From NCBI RefSeq assembly GCF_009914755.1, contig NC_060926.1: a stretch of DNA of 64,000 nt. One strand, written 5' to 3'. The DNA comes from the human T2T-CHM13v2.0 reference genome, Homo sapiens. The notes under the pieces are model-generated. The model had not been told where the DNA came from. It saw only the letters and a list, made by a program, of their open reading frames with translations, and made no database searches. Below are positions 61,652 through 64,000 of the stretch, piece after piece (within the stretch, counting starts at the first letter, position 1; the number at the start of each line of letters is the position of its first letter). The translations under genes were made by a program, and so were the position numbers.

Positions 61652-62100
61652 TGATGCAGGATTCTTGCTCCTTAGTTCAGCTAAATCCAGGTTCTTGTCT
61701 CATGACCAGAAAAAAATTAGGCATGTGGACACATTGAAGGATGAGGAGGGCGGAATTTATTAAGCAAAAGGAAAGCTCAGCAAAGAGAGGGGTCCTGCAG
61801 GCAGGTTTCTACCTCACAAATTGAATACCAGGGCCACCACACAGGAGCTGAAGAGTGCAGACTTCTCCTCTGCATGAGGCACAAATTCCTGGTGGCTCCA
61901 CCCTAGGGCATTATTCAGAAAGAATCAGTCAGGAAACGGTGGGCAAACTGGGACAGACTTTCTCCCTCTGGGTCACGGGTTTCAACCTGGACCAGCAGTC
62001 CAGTCTTTCAGCCTTCAGGTTGCTTTAGGCTTGAAGGTGAGGTTTCACCGGGGACTCTACCCTATCTGCCTAGGTATTTGTCTGCCTCCAGCCTCTATCA
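61652..62100 (-). mobile_element. ERV1-class solo LTR (MER61-like; family uncertain)
   Basis: TG...CA termini, perfect 4-bp TSD ATAT, AATAAA on the minus strand. Confidence 0.8.
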
Positions 62101-62227
62101 ATATGGTACTACAAATAGAAGGAAGAAAAAAAAGTCAAATCACACCTTAGGAAATTACAGCCTAGTAGCATCAGTAAAAATGGTACTGTTAGTCATGTCA
62201 TGAAATAGACGTAAAATTGAAGGTTGA

Positions 62228-62542
<315 letters not shown>

Positions 62543-63048
62543 TGATTGCTTTCAAGTTGGAAAGTGCATTGTGAAACACTCAAAGATGTTGCTGGGATTA
62601 TTTAGTTCTTTTGATACTATATAAATAAATGACAGAGTAACACCATAGTTATATGATTGGAACTCAAGAAATATTAAATGATAGGATTGAAAAGAGTTAT
62701 ATGAGTCATTTGTCCAGAATTTATAAAATTTTTTTCTGTATCCCAATGGAATAAATTTAAACTATGTATATTCTCTGAAATAGTCTTCCAGTTTGCCCAA
62801 CATGCTTGCTCTCCTGACTAGATATTAGCTAAAAATTAACAAAACAGTCTTTTCTCCTGTTACTGTGTGGTAAAGATGTAAAACCCTTTTTGCCAGCAGG
62901 GCTGCCCTCTACTGGACTATTTAAGGTATTCAGTGAGCAGGTCAATATGACTATTTTACAAGAAGGTAACACAGTGGGTATAAATGTAAACATCCCATAT
63001 CCCAAACAAACTGAAGTTCCCTGAATAGTTAAAAAAAAAAGCCCTTTA

Positions 63049-63421
<373 letters not shown>

Positions 63422-64000
63422 TTATATGGTCTTAGTCTCCATTTCAACCTTGGAGGCAGATCTGTGGCAATGAGAATAGTAATGTATAGGAACGGTGGGT
63501 CTGCTCTGATGTCAGTCTTTTATGATGATTTGTATATTAATACAAATCACGTTTTTGTGAGTCCATTCATGCTGTGGATGTTTTCTTAGGCATTAGCATA
63601 GGTCATAGTGGACACATACTGAATAGGTCATATCTGTTAAGGCTCTTGCTACAAAGCATCAAAACTTTTCAGAACTATTTCCTCTGTGAAAATTCATTTT
63701 AAGTAGCAAGTTGTTTTTTTCTGTGGTTCATTCCCATGCCTGAGATTTGCAGTAATGTAGAACTAGTTTACCATCACTGCTGAAACACTCATAGAAGGTT
63801 CCAAATTCCTGGTCCAGGGAAAGAGCAAAAGCCTGACTCACATAAATAAACAACTGAGGTTGCAAGTTTAAGGAACTTTTTTGATGAAGTCAAGGAGTCT
63901 TTGGATGGTTCGAGTTCACTCTACTGCCTGCTTCTTTGTTTTCATAATAGGAACATGTCCCACAGCCTTTAGTAGGATGTCAGAATTTTCTTGATGTTGC

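Overview
Human-like (primate) genomic DNA containing the 5' end of ACSL3 (long-chain acyl-CoA synthetase 3) on the + strand. The gene was recognised from its 5'UTR sequence, not from any ORF. The window holds a CpG-island promoter (~22.27-23.35 kb) with a DR4/LXRE, a DR1/PPRE-like site, CCAAT and GC boxes, plus three non-coding exons (22591-22835, 49406-49464, 59752-59858). The first coding exon lies beyond the window, so no genuine CDS is present. The rest is about 22 kb of upstream sequence and introns dense in repeats: more than 35 Alus, a HERV-H LTR7B/Y-like solo LTR nested in an Alu nested in a MaLR LTR, a decayed Tigger1, MER41 and another ERV1 solo LTR, and L1/L2/L3/MIR/MER fragments. 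I found no convincing new biological system. The best leads are a probable ~2.5 kb length difference from the reference, an extra nuclear-receptor site cluster, possible L2 exonisation with an alternative acceptor for exon 3, and several template-switch palindromes and micro-duplications that create transcription-factor motif clusters. Repeat subfamily names and reference comparisons come from memory, and old-repeat boundaries are approximate.
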